From: a virus | Virus record (IMG/VR): IMGVR_UViG_3300013004_000041 | Coordinates: 1-64,000 of that record | DNA: 64,000 nt | Reading direction: 5' to 3' (one strand) | Part shown: positions 39,619 to 49,908 of the stretch, piece by piece | Numbering within the stretch: the stretch's first letter is position 1 | Layout of the letters: each line of letters opens with the position of its first letter | Translations under genes and position numbers: made by a program | The notes under the pieces: model-generated | Database searches by the model: none | What the model was told of the DNA's origin: nothing | The model's input: only the letters and a program-made list of their open reading frames with translations

Positions 39619-40953
39619 TTAATTAAATAAGTCGGCTGTTTTGAGGAAACGTCCGCCCCATAGGGATTTTTCAACCATTTCTGGTTGTTCCTGTACGATC
39701 TCGCCTAGATCGCCAGACTTTCGGAAAGCAGTATCTGCTTCTACTGCGTCTACTCTCTTTCCAAATTTATTAACTTGTTCTGTTGTTGCAGCAATGTCTT
39801 TGGCGACTGCATCAAGTGAACTTTTTACTGTTTCTGTATCAACCTTTGTAGACTTAAGCATTTCTACTTCTGCCTGCAAAGACTTTACAGTTTCAACTAA
39901 ATCGCTAAAGGCTGATGTGATTGTATTCTTGATTTCTGCAACTGCGTCAACAATTGCTTCATCTGATTTAGATACTTCTGTAGCAACCTCTGCTGCTGGT
40001 GCTTCAACTGATTCCTCAGCCTTTGCAACTTCTTCTGCTGCAGCCTCTTCAGACTTTTCAACAGTTTCTTCTGCTACGACAGTCTCTTCAGACTTTTCAG
40101 TAACTTCTGCAACAGGAGCCTCAACTACGGCATCTGCCTCTGGAGCGATTTCTTCTGACTTAATAACTTCGACTGAATCATCAGCCTTTGTCTTTTTTGC
40201 CATAGGATCTTCCTCCTTGTTAATCTTAGCATCAATGCCTTTAGCACTATCTACTAAGAATTTGATTATATCCATTTTTTCATTATCCGTTTTTTCAACG
40301 AACCCTATATTTTTCATTTCGTTTCCAGTAGTTGGACTAACGACTGTTTCTTCTTCTGATACCATAACTAATCCAGACTCTTCATCATAAAAAACATTTT
40401 CAAGTGCTACATCTGCACCCTTAACAATTTCAACACCGTCAACTTTTTCTACATGCATAATATTTGCAAATTGATTTGCTGGAGAATCTACAAGAGATAA
40501 CTCTACAAGATCATAATCTTTAATAATTCTAATTGTGGAATCTGACTTCTCATCATAACCATCATCCCACTTATTCATACGACCACCAATAGAAAATCCT
40601 GTTAGTGTACCGTCCAAAACTTTTTCCCATGTATCTTGTGCACCTTTTGAAACATATGCTGAAACAAAAACTCCAGAATAAAATTTCTTTGTCTCTGGAT
40701 CGAAATATCTATCTTCTTTAAAATTAACCATCTTGCCAACTGCTAGTGGTTGATGCATTTCACGAATGTTTCCACGAAACTTTGAAAAGGCTTTCATGGA
40801 TGCATCTGATGTAACAATATCTCCTTGCTTATCAAGGTTATCAAGGGATGCAAATCCTGAGACGATACGTCTCTCTTTATCTACCTTCGCAAAAGGAAGG
40901 GAAAGGCGAACATTCTCGCCCTCTGTATTCCAATGGGCTTTTGATATAGTCAT
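39619..40953 (-). CDS. Prohead protease fused to acidic scaffold
   Basis: GFAS..NLDKQGD, REMH, GFSIGG, ELSLVDSPAN; Glu/Ala-rich C-terminus. Confidence 0.9.
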   Translation of the reverse strand: MTISKAHWNTEGENVRLSLPFAKVDKERRIVSGFASLDNLDKQGDIVTSDASMKAFSKFRGNIREMHQPLAVGKMVNFKEDRYFDPETKKFYSGVFVSAYVSKGAQDTWEKVLDGTLTGFSIGGRMNKWDDGYDEKSDSTIRIIKDYDLVELSLVDSPANQFANIMHVEKVDGVEIVKGADVALENVFYDEESGLVMVSEEETVVSPTTGNEMKNIGFVEKTDNEKMDIIKFLVDSAKGIDAKINKEEDPMAKKTKADDSVEVIKSEEIAPEADAVVEAPVAEVTEKSEETVVAEETVEKSEEAAAEEVAKAEESVEAPAAEVATEVSKSDEAIVDAVAEIKNTITSAFSDLVETVKSLQAEVEMLKSTKVDTETVKSSLDAVAKDIAATTEQVNKFGKRVDAVEADTAFRKSGDLGEIVQEQPEMVEKSLWGGRFLKTADLFN

Positions 40954-40986
40954 ACTAGTATATATTATAGAGCCTTTTTATATAAA

Positions 40987-41018
40987 TGTGGAAAAACTGT
41001 GGAAAACTATGTGGATGA
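40987..41018. promoter_or_regulatory. Three tandem DnaA-box-like 9-mers
   Basis: TGTGGAAAA (40987), TGTGGAAAA (40998), TGTGGATGA (41010); two match TTWTNCACA exactly on the minus strand. Confidence 0.45.
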
Positions 41019-42608
41019 ACGGCCTTCACCCTTTGGGTTTCTACCACTAATTGTGGCAGCACCGTCAGACTGATTGTTCATTCGTTCTCCGTCCCTTGCC
41101 CTATCAGCATTATCATTTGCTGCTTGTTCTGGCTTAGGATTAAAAGGCTCGTCTCCTCCTTCCCTTTGTGGGAGGCCAAGGATTGATCTAGCCTCATTTG
41201 GAAGCATAACCTGTGTCTTTATATATCTTTCTACAATCTGAGATTGAGCAATTTCGTCTGTTAAAGTTAGTTCATTAAACTTTAATACTAGAACGTCCGT
41301 CTTTTCTTTAACTATCTTATTTATAATTTTTTCTAATTCTCTTTGTGCTGGTCTTGCAACCTGCTCTTTAAATGTACGGTCTTGAGCCATCGCTGCTGCT
41401 ATTGAGCCAGCGTCACCTCCACCAATCTTTGACAATGGAACTTGGTGAGCAATTAAGACATCGTCTCTATTTTGTTTGCGATATCTTTCAAATGATCCTT
41501 CTTGGACACCATTTTCAATCGGTTCCATTTTAAACTCAACCTTGTTGGTATCTGAATCACCAGGGAGTGGGATATAAAGCGTTCTATGAGATTGACCCTT
41601 AAGTCCCGTTTGCAAAAATCTAAACATTTTATCTTCTGCGTCAGCCGAAAGTTTAGCACCCTTTAACGTCACAACATAACGAGGGACAGCCTTATTGCTA
41701 AAGTAGTCAATGTTATATTGCGACGCTAACTGGTCTCCATGGAGCGATGTTATTGCCGACATGATATCTGGAACACCATAAAAAGTATTTAAAGGCGAAT
41801 ACTGTTTAAAGTGAATAATCTCGTTAGGTCTTGGATCGTCCGTAACTGGATTATTGTTTTTTGCTCCAAAATTTCTAAAGTATACAACTTTACTTCCAAT
41901 GATTTGAACATACCCATCACGTAATCTACGAACACGCATTGTGGTTGCAGGAATGTGTCCGATGTATCCAATTTCTCCACGAGTTGTTCTACCAACTTCT
42001 AAGAAACCGTTTCCTACTGCCTGAACATCTGTATATACTTTCATCATTGTTGTTGTAAAAGAATCATCATCATTTAATGATTCAATCCATTCATGCATTT
42101 CAATTTTTGCACGTTCAATTCTATTTCTTGCTCTTCCTACTTGATCTTTATCTTTATTAGATTCAAGTCGTAACATTGTGCTTGGAGATACTTCAAAGTC
42201 ATACCCAAGTCCTACAATATTTTCTACCTTTGCGTCAATCGCTGCGTGGTTTGCAAAAGATGTATCATAATAATTTGCAAGTTCGTAAACATTCCATGGT
42301 GGTGTGATTACATCAAATAGTCCGTATCCATTTCTGTATACCGTTCCAGGATTAATTTCTTTTGACTTTGCATCTCCTAAGCCATGCTGCTCTGCTCTTG
42401 CACTATCAATATATCCCTGACTTGGGTTATTAGCAGTTGCTTTTTCAACAACTCTGTTAGTTCTTCTTTTAAAATTATTATCAATACCAGAATAGGACTT
42501 TAATTCTGTCCAAGACTTGTTAAATGGATCTGCAGATTTAAATGCATCGTTTTGATTGATTGGCTCATCAATTCTTGCGCCGAGCACATATTCTCTTTCT
42601 TCTGACAT
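41007..42608 (-). CDS. Portal protein
   Basis: GNGFLEV, HIPATTMR, NEIIHF, FYGVP, YFSNKAVP, NEARSILG. Confidence 0.92.
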   Translation of the reverse strand: MSEEREYVLGARIDEPINQNDAFKSADPFNKSWTELKSYSGIDNNFKRRTNRVVEKATANNPSQGYIDSARAEQHGLGDAKSKEINPGTVYRNGYGLFDVITPPWNVYELANYYDTSFANHAAIDAKVENIVGLGYDFEVSPSTMLRLESNKDKDQVGRARNRIERAKIEMHEWIESLNDDDSFTTTMMKVYTDVQAVGNGFLEVGRTTRGEIGYIGHIPATTMRVRRLRDGYVQIIGSKVVYFRNFGAKNNNPVTDDPRPNEIIHFKQYSPLNTFYGVPDIMSAITSLHGDQLASQYNIDYFSNKAVPRYVVTLKGAKLSADAEDKMFRFLQTGLKGQSHRTLYIPLPGDSDTNKVEFKMEPIENGVQEGSFERYRKQNRDDVLIAHQVPLSKIGGGDAGSIAAAMAQDRTFKEQVARPAQRELEKIINKIVKEKTDVLVLKFNELTLTDEIAQSQIVERYIKTQVMLPNEARSILGLPQREGGDEPFNPKPEQAANDNADRARDGERMNNQSDGAATISGRNPKGEGRSST

Positions 42609-43012
42609 TATTCTTCGTCTCCATACTTTGCAATAGTATCCTTGGCTGCTTGTACTGCTCCAAGGTCGTTAAGGTTAGGTATAAGTCCAGCCTTCATTCT
42701 ATCTACTTGCTCTGAGTATTCTTCATCAGTTACTCTACCCATACCAGCAAAAAAGTATGGCTCTCCATCTGGCTCTCCATAGTATGCTGCTGCCTGCTTT
42801 AATTCTGCGATTCTTCCAAGATCACCCTTCATTGATGGAATATTTAATATGTTTCCATTTCCATCAGTAAACCATTTGCCATTAGACTTTTTCCAAACAT
42901 AGATTCCCCAGTCATAGTTTTTATCTATTAGAGTTACCTTAGTTTCGCCTATCTGTCCAGGCATTCTGGGCTTACCGTTTTTGTCAAAAAGTGACTGATC
43001 TTTGTTTTTCAT
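42608..43012 (-). CDS. Hypothetical protein upstream of portal
   Basis: ORF coupled to portal (TAATG); ATG 7 nt after a TGGTATACT element. Confidence 0.7.
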   Translation of the reverse strand: MKNKDQSLFDKNGKPRMPGQIGETKVTLIDKNYDWGIYVWKKSNGKWFTDGNGNILNIPSMKGDLGRIAELKQAAAYYGEPDGEPYFFAGMGRVTDEEYSEQVDRMKAGLIPNLNDLGAVQAAKDTIAKYGDEE

Positions 43013-43030
43013 AACCACCAGTATACCATA

Positions 43031-46000
43031 TTATACTGGATCTGATATCTGAGATTGCCATGCTATATCCTTATATACAGAATATTCGTAACTCTTAAAC
43101 CTGAATGGCCTTGTGTCATCAACAATTATTTTATTAGTTCCTGTATATGCCTTATATAAATCTACTGGGCTAACTCCATAATAACTTATTGAAGACTGGA
43201 CTAAGACTCCTTGCCAAACAAAATAGTCTGACCAATATTCCCAATTAAATAATCCATCAGTAGCAAACTTTACTCTAGACCAAGGTCTTTCCGCTACTGT
43301 CTGAATTGCCTGAAGGCTAGTAGTTTCATAAAAGGACAGAGCGTTAAAAATAATTGGTCCATTAATCATAATTGAGCCAGTATAAGATTTAAAATTTAAT
43401 ATTTGAGGGAATCCTATTCCAAGCATTATCCACTCATTAACATTTATTACTGGCTCTTTAACTATTTGACCGTTTACATAAAATGAAACACCATTATATA
43501 ACGCTCCAGTACTTGCGTCTATTGCATATATTTTTGCCCTTTTGCCTGTAGGATGATTTGCTACCATATAAAACTTTATTGTTTTACCCTTTGCATTAAT
43601 TTGCATTATTTGTGTTGGTGCGTATGAGAAAAAATCTCCATTAAACCTAATCAATGATTGCATAGCCATGACTTCATAATCTTGATATTTATTTGAGTTT
43701 ATAGGAATTGCAACTCCACGATTTATAAAAGGATCATAGTCTCCTCTAAGTTCTAGCCCAGAATGTCTAGTTAGATATAGGTAAGGGGATGAACCTTTGT
43801 AAACTGTTAATGGGTTTTTAGTTTTGTAGTTATAGTAATAACCGCTATTTGTATATGGATATACTTGTGTTCCAAATCTTGTACCTATATTGTTTGCTGT
43901 ATTGTAATTAAATGCCTGAGATGCCACCTGCAAACTTTTTATCTTTATTGGATGATATTTTATTCCATTTACATTAAACTCTAAATGAAAAACAATTGCT
44001 ATATCATTAAAGTCTACACCACTTGGCGGATAGATAACTATATTATCCACAACCTCATATTTTGTTGTCAACCAGTCGCTGCCTGGAGTTACTACTCCAT
44101 TTTTAGGAACACTTTCTGTATTAGTAAAAAATCCATTAGATGCATTAGCGCCATCTTCTAAATACTCAAAAGTAATATAAGACTTTAACATAGAATTTGA
44201 TGTATCATAAAAATATGACTTAACAGATCTTTCTGCTAAATCTTCATAGTTAACGTAACCAGTGTATAAATAATTGTCTAAAGATTCATAAGTTCTTTGT
44301 TGTGGGAAGGAGTATTCTGCAGATAGTTCTGAATATGTCCAACCGTCTTCGTCTATAACTTCAGACTCAACAAATTTAACTGGTGCTGGATAGTTAATAT
44401 TAAACTGTAAAAAGTCTAAACTAAATTTACTATTACCATATTCATCTGTAATGTATTGTCCAAAATATGACAACGGAACATAGTCTTTCCAAGATCCGTT
44501 TACATCAACATCAACATAAAATGAATCAAAATAATTTTTAGGATTTATAGCAATGCTTGGCTTATGATCTGTTAATTTGTTTACAATAAATACAGAGGCG
44601 TCAAATTCAAAAGGATTTTCAGAGTTTATATAAGATGTCCAAAACTCTTGATCTGCGTCTCCACCATTATAATCAATTCCTGGACCGTATAAATTAAATA
44701 TGTTCTCATAGTCTTTTGGTACTCCTAAATTATTAAATAAATTTTCTAAGTCTTTAATATTTTTTTCTGAGCATATACCAATCTTATAAATGTTTCCAGT
44801 AAATGTTTTATCAAAGTTTTTTGTTCCTCCAACATACAGTTTTGAGGAATACAAGTTGTTGAAGAATGCTGTTAGATTGTTTCCGAAGTAGTCCCTAAAT
44901 ATGTCAATCTCTACTCCTACTGTAAAAATTTCATTATTAGGCACCTCTAAAGATTCATAAATAGTTATTGGATTTTCTTGTCCGTACTTAAGAATATACT
45001 TAACTTTTTCTATGTCATCTTCTTTTATACACTCAATTGAAAAATATCCCGACTCATTCTCTATTCTCATTAAAACTTGTGCGCTGCCATTAAATGCTAA
45101 TTCTTTTTTAAATATTCCGTAGAATCCATGAACTGGTTGGTTGTATAAATTAAAGTTATCAAAGTATAAATAAGAAGATATGCCGTCCCACTCTTCTGTA
45201 GGCTTTAAATTTAAAAATAGTTCTTCCTCATTTTGAATGACTGCACAATCAGTTAGTAGATCTAATCCAGTTAATAACGTATTATTAGTTATTATTTCTG
45301 GTGTTGAGAATGTTGGCATGCTTAAAGTATTGTCTTGAACAACTATGTTGTCTAAAGATCCCTGAGACCAAGAACCAAGGTCTGGGTAATTATAGTTCTT
45401 TGTGTAATCTGCAAATCCATAGTCAAAGAGAACAGAACTGCCTCCGTATGACGCATTTAAATTTTCTGGATACTGGACGCCTTGTCCATAAACAAATCTT
45501 CTTTTGGCAACAATTAATGGAACTAAGTAAGGATATATCGCTATACAGTCTACTTCTATTGGCTGAATATCTGAATATGCATAAAAAGCAATCCAATTAT
45601 TAGACTTTCCAGATTCATCATAGTCATCTGGTAAAGAAAGAGAATCCCTTTCACTATTAATTTGCAAAGATATGATCTCTTCACCATTAACTAATACCGT
45701 TGATAGCCCCTCAGAGTATCTCCAATGCATTAAAATAGGTCTTTCCCATTCACCTATGTAGTACGATTGGTAATTATTATTTATTTTTAAAACTATAAAT
45801 GGTCCATCCAAATATATACCGTCGGTAGATCCTATTGGACCTACAATTCTTTTTGATGTATTTGATGAATTGTTTGTTCTAATCCAAAACTCTAAAGTAT
45901 AATCTTTATATCTTCCGCTTTCAGACATCATTCCATTTGAAGGTATAATTAAAGATGGCTTATTTGAATTATCATACAACTTAGTAATGTTTCCAGATCC

Positions 46001-46756
46001 AAATACCATTGGAACACCAAAGTTTTTTGCAACTAGAGCATTGTCATTAATAAAATAATATCCAGGATTTTCTACTAATCCATATGCCTTTGCTTCTACA
46101 ACCTTTGACGCTGAAAGAGAAATTGATGACGGTAAATCTATAGATGTAACACCTAAGGAACTTGACTGAAATTCTTCAGACCACTGACCAAAAGTTACTC
46201 CGTTAATATAAAAAACATAGTCTTCTGTATTTAATGAAGATCCTAAATAATTTACATTAATTACTATTCTTACTGGTTCTGATGTTTGCTCTGGACTAAA
46301 TGTTTCTGATAAAAAGAACCATCTATCTTTAATTGATCCGTCATATGATTTTAAAACATCTACATATGATTCTAAAGCATCATCATAATATCTATAACCT
46401 ATTTGAATTGTTAAGATGTATGGACTATTTGAATAAAAATAAGACCCTATGGAAAATGTTTTTAAAACATCGTTTATTTCATCGGTGTTAATCAAATTAG
46501 GGCTAACTAATGTTAATGAAAAATTTTCAGATGATACAGATGTTGGAGTTATCTTATTAATAATGCTATCTGGAAATGGTGCATCTAGCAGTTCTTCTGT
46601 TTCTTCAGAGGCACCGTTGTCTATACTCCAGAGCGATGTATCCCTGTTGGAATCAGAAATTAAAGATACGTAGTCAGCCTTATCATCTAAGGCCCAAAGA
46701 TACTGAGGGTGCTCAGAGAATATTTTTTCAGCATATAGATTAGAAGCGCTAGACAT
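43031..46756 (-). CDS. Large virion protein with LamG/concanavalin-like domains
   Basis: HPQYLWALDD N-terminus, YTLEFWIR...VLVNGE..DCIAIY LamG-like pattern. Confidence 0.65.
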   Translation of the reverse strand: MSSASNLYAEKIFSEHPQYLWALDDKADYVSLISDSNRDTSLWSIDNGASEETEELLDAPFPDSIINKITPTSVSSENFSLTLVSPNLINTDEINDVLKTFSIGSYFYSNSPYILTIQIGYRYYDDALESYVDVLKSYDGSIKDRWFFLSETFSPEQTSEPVRIVINVNYLGSSLNTEDYVFYINGVTFGQWSEEFQSSSLGVTSIDLPSSISLSASKVVEAKAYGLVENPGYYFINDNALVAKNFGVPMVFGSGNITKLYDNSNKPSLIIPSNGMMSESGRYKDYTLEFWIRTNNSSNTSKRIVGPIGSTDGIYLDGPFIVLKINNNYQSYYIGEWERPILMHWRYSEGLSTVLVNGEEIISLQINSERDSLSLPDDYDESGKSNNWIAFYAYSDIQPIEVDCIAIYPYLVPLIVAKRRFVYGQGVQYPENLNASYGGSSVLFDYGFADYTKNYNYPDLGSWSQGSLDNIVVQDNTLSMPTFSTPEIITNNTLLTGLDLLTDCAVIQNEEELFLNLKPTEEWDGISSYLYFDNFNLYNQPVHGFYGIFKKELAFNGSAQVLMRIENESGYFSIECIKEDDIEKVKYILKYGQENPITIYESLEVPNNEIFTVGVEIDIFRDYFGNNLTAFFNNLYSSKLYVGGTKNFDKTFTGNIYKIGICSEKNIKDLENLFNNLGVPKDYENIFNLYGPGIDYNGGDADQEFWTSYINSENPFEFDASVFIVNKLTDHKPSIAINPKNYFDSFYVDVDVNGSWKDYVPLSYFGQYITDEYGNSKFSLDFLQFNINYPAPVKFVESEVIDEDGWTYSELSAEYSFPQQRTYESLDNYLYTGYVNYEDLAERSVKSYFYDTSNSMLKSYITFEYLEDGANASNGFFTNTESVPKNGVVTPGSDWLTTKYEVVDNIVIYPPSGVDFNDIAIVFHLEFNVNGIKYHPIKIKSLQVASQAFNYNTANNIGTRFGTQVYPYTNSGYYYNYKTKNPLTVYKGSSPYLYLTRHSGLELRGDYDPFINRGVAIPINSNKYQDYEVMAMQSLIRFNGDFFSYAPTQIMQINAKGKTIKFYMVANHPTGKRAKIYAIDASTGALYNGVSFYVNGQIVKEPVINVNEWIMLGIGFPQILNFKSYTGSIMINGPIIFNALSFYETTSLQAIQTVAERPWSRVKFATDGLFNWEYWSDYFVWQGVLVQSSISYYGVSPVDLYKAYTGTNKIIVDDTRPFRFKSYEYSVYKDIAWQSQISDPV

Positions 46757-46776
46757 TATGAGTCTATTTTATCACA

Positions 46777-48807
46777 CTACGAGATTTTTATTTCACAAAC
46801 ATCTGTAGTACAGTACATTTCGCCCTGTGCCTCAAGATTTTCTGCTCCGTCATAAATAGCGGACCAGTCTATCTTTTTAATCTGACCAATATATGCATTA
46901 TATTCTTCTTCGGTAATTTCTGTATATGGCTGTTGTGGATATACTTTATTTCCCATTGGCAAGAATGAAACTGCTTTTAATTGTCCTTCATACATATGTA
47001 ATGCAGGAGCAACATGCTTTGACTCTGTTTCTTTGTCAAATGAAAGTGTTACAGAAACACCATTATCAGACCAGTACTTCTGAGCAGTAGCAGCAAGCGC
47101 AATCTTTTCAAATAATGTAACATCCTTTTCAGATCTTGAGTGGCCTGAGTGAACTGGGAAATATACGACAGTTGTATTTGCTGATACAAGGTCATCTTCC
47201 ATTTTATATCCAGCAGCCTTGAATAAATGCAACATGGGGTCAGTATTTCCAAAGCGAATTGCTCTCAAGAAATAATTACCTCCTGGTGCCCAGTGAACTC
47301 CTGGCGTTGCGCCAGAAAGAATTGATACAGACCCTGATGGCTTAATAGTTGTAACTCTAATGGACTCACGAACGCATAGCCACTCTGAATACTGATGATC
47401 ATATTTACGAATAGTATTATAACCTTCGTCCATCCATTCTCTTACAACAGGTAAGCCATTCTTGTCTGAGAATGAGGCAATGCCTGTAAGTGATGTTCCA
47501 ATGCGACGATTACGCTGCATAATCCCATTTGTCTGTTGCCAGTGTGTAGGAATCAGCGTTACAGTCTTTCCGTATAGATAGGCAAACTTAAGGGTACGCA
47601 AAAAGTCTTCCTTGGATTCATGTCGATTTAAGTGCACTTCTACAAGTGTACATAATTCATATGATTCCAATGGCTGCTCTGCACATGGATTGAATCCCAT
47701 AACACGGTAATCCTTTCCATCTGGCGCATCCTTAAGTCTGCCGTAGTTACGAGCAACGTCAAGCCAGATAAAGCCTGGTTCTCCGTTGTTAACGATAAGA
47801 TCTACATAGTCTTCGTACTTTGTTCCTATTTCAGCAGCGATAGAATTATTAGACATCCATGCCCACCCTGGATTTTCTGGATCAAATGAATTTCTTTCTG
47901 GGAATACCTCTGCATTTTTTAAATTCATAAAGTCTTCATCTTTAGCAGCACCCAAAGCCAAGGTAGCAGATCTTCTAACATTTCCTGATACAACGCAGGT
48001 ACCAATCAAATTAACTATATCTACTATTGCTCTTGAGTCAAGTGTTTCTCCAGCCCTTCCGCCAATTACAGACCTAATCTGATTGTGGAGTTGAATTAAT
48101 GGTGCTGGACCACTTGCTGTACCGCCAAAACCCTTGATAGGCGCTCCTAGAGGCCTAATTAGGTCATAGTTAAACTCTTGAATAAAATGATTTGGCCTTA
48201 AGTATGAGTTAATAATTAATCTTACAGACTCTACCCAGCCTTCTCTTGTATCTGGAATTTCATATACTTGTGCTGGCTCTGTTGGTTCATAAATAGGAAG
48301 TTGCTTATCAGCACCGACAGTATCGAACCCTACTCCTACACCCATCATTAATGCGTCCATAACCCAAGCAAACAAAGTACCTGGATCGTTTCTATCTATG
48401 TCTTTTGTAGATACCATCGCACAATTTTGTAGTGCTGCAGAGTTTTTCTTTTCCATGGTTAGCGGAGTTCCAAATGCCCACATACCACGTCCTGGTGGCG
48501 TCCACTTTAAATTAAACATGCGATCAAACGCTTCTTTGGCAGATGCTTGTGCCTTATAGTCATTCCAAGGTAGCCTGTTTTCTTTAGCATGATTCTTTTG
48601 AGCCGAATACATACCCTCGATTACTCTACGACAAACCTCATGCCATCTTTCTTTGGTTCCGTCTTCTTTCATACGAGAGTAGGTACGAATAAAAGTAATC
48701 TCTCCAAGTGAATTACCACCAGCATCTGCAAAACCGAATGGTGGCTCTTTTGTTTTATACTCTCCTACAAACTCTTCTGACAAACGAAAACTAAAAAAAT
48801 CTGACAT
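46777..48807 (-). CDS. nrdJ: Class II (adenosylcobalamin) ribonucleotide reductase, monomeric type
   Basis: PPGRG, LQNC, GNVRRSA, NPCAE, TIKPSG, C-terminal CTTDVC. Confidence 0.92.
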   Translation of the reverse strand: MSDFFSFRLSEEFVGEYKTKEPPFGFADAGGNSLGEITFIRTYSRMKEDGTKERWHEVCRRVIEGMYSAQKNHAKENRLPWNDYKAQASAKEAFDRMFNLKWTPPGRGMWAFGTPLTMEKKNSAALQNCAMVSTKDIDRNDPGTLFAWVMDALMMGVGVGFDTVGADKQLPIYEPTEPAQVYEIPDTREGWVESVRLIINSYLRPNHFIQEFNYDLIRPLGAPIKGFGGTASGPAPLIQLHNQIRSVIGGRAGETLDSRAIVDIVNLIGTCVVSGNVRRSATLALGAAKDEDFMNLKNAEVFPERNSFDPENPGWAWMSNNSIAAEIGTKYEDYVDLIVNNGEPGFIWLDVARNYGRLKDAPDGKDYRVMGFNPCAEQPLESYELCTLVEVHLNRHESKEDFLRTLKFAYLYGKTVTLIPTHWQQTNGIMQRNRRIGTSLTGIASFSDKNGLPVVREWMDEGYNTIRKYDHQYSEWLCVRESIRVTTIKPSGSVSILSGATPGVHWAPGGNYFLRAIRFGNTDPMLHLFKAAGYKMEDDLVSANTTVVYFPVHSGHSRSEKDVTLFEKIALAATAQKYWSDNGVSVTLSFDKETESKHVAPALHMYEGQLKAVSFLPMGNKVYPQQPYTEITEEEYNAYIGQIKKIDWSAIYDGAENLEAQGEMYCTTDVCEIKIS

Positions 48808-48846
48808 TGTTTTTCTCCTTTAAATTCTATGTTGGTTAAGTATACC

Positions 48847-48871
48847 AGAGTTTTTGTTTTTATAAAACTCT
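48847..48871. other. AT-rich inverted repeat between epimerase and nrdJ, abutting a -10 element
   Basis: AGAGTTTT...AAAACTCT; TGGTATACT (minus) at 48839-48847. Confidence 0.4.
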
Positions 48872-48894
48872 AATGTTATTATTGAGGGTTGTTG

Positions 48895-49908
48895 TTAAGA
48901 ATTAAAAATGCTTTGATCTATCCAAGTTTTTGGAGTTAGATCATTTACAATTTCCACTGGCAAATAAAAATTAAATTCTTGTGGGCCACGGCTTCTTACA
49001 AATTCAATCATTCTAGTTAATGTTGTATCTAGTGGAGTTGAAGGATTATAATCTAAAAGCATCCTTGCTTTATCTGCTGAACAGTTAGCAAACCTTACTT
49101 CCTTTGGTCTATCTGGAAGATAGATTGGATCTAAGTCAAATTCTAATAAGTTTGCTATTCTAGATGCCAATTCATTAATTGTTATAAAGTTTTGATCTGG
49201 TCCAAGATTTACTACTTCTCCATCTGCAACATCTGTTTCCACTATTTTTGCAATAGGATCTACAACATCCTGAATGTCTGAAAAACATCTCATCTGTGAA
49301 CCATTACCGTATATGATTGGCTGTCTTCCTTGAAGCATTCTATTTATCATAATACCCGCAACATTTCTAAAAGGGTCTGTATAGACCTGTCCAGGGCCTA
49401 TGATGTTGTGGGGTACAGTTATAGTAAAACTAATGCCGTGAACCTCTGAAAGGACCCTCAGAGACTGTTCAAAGGCTACTTTAGCGACTCCATAAGGATC
49501 CTGTGGTTTTGGAGTCATATTTTCCGTAAATGGCAAAGAGTCCTGGGTTCCGTATCTAGCCATACTGGAGGTAAATATAAACTTTTTTACATTAGACTGT
49601 ATTGCACATTTTAGTACATTCATAGATATTCCAAAGGTGTTATCAGTAATTGTCTTGGGAGAAAATATAGACAAACCCTCATGTGGTGTACATGCTGCGT
49701 GAATTACTATATCTATATCAGCAAAATCTTCTGCTGTAAGATCATTGCAGTCTTTTTCAATAAACTTAATATTTCCTGGAACATTGTCTTTGTACCCCCC
49801 AATAAAATTATCAACACCGATAACCTTATGCTTTATAGAAAGTCTATTTGCTATGTTACTACCAACTAACCCAGCAACTCCAGTTATTAAAATATTACTC
49901 ATAGCCAT
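48895..49908 (-). CDS. NAD-dependent nucleotide-sugar epimerase/dehydratase (SDR)
   Basis: GVAGLVG, TSS, YGVAK, NIIGP, RCFSDIQD. Confidence 0.92.
   Translation of the reverse strand: MAMSNILITGVAGLVGSNIANRLSIKHKVIGVDNFIGGYKDNVPGNIKFIEKDCNDLTAEDFADIDIVIHAACTPHEGLSIFSPKTITDNTFGISMNVLKCAIQSNVKKFIFTSSMARYGTQDSLPFTENMTPKPQDPYGVAKVAFEQSLRVLSEVHGISFTITVPHNIIGPGQVYTDPFRNVAGIMINRMLQGRQPIIYGNGSQMRCFSDIQDVVDPIAKIVETDVADGEVVNLGPDQNFITINELASRIANLLEFDLDPIYLPDRPKEVRFANCSADKARMLLDYNPSTPLDTTLTRMIEFVRSRGPQEFNFYLPVEIVNDLTPKTWIDQSIFNS

Noticed and set aside
39641-40390. Plus-strand 249-aa Ser/Thr-rich ORF, and similar antisense or alternate-frame ORFs (8373, 11764, 24330, 38519, 55013, 56613)
   Set aside because: Shadows of biased-codon or repetitive genes; no RBS or recognisable motifs.
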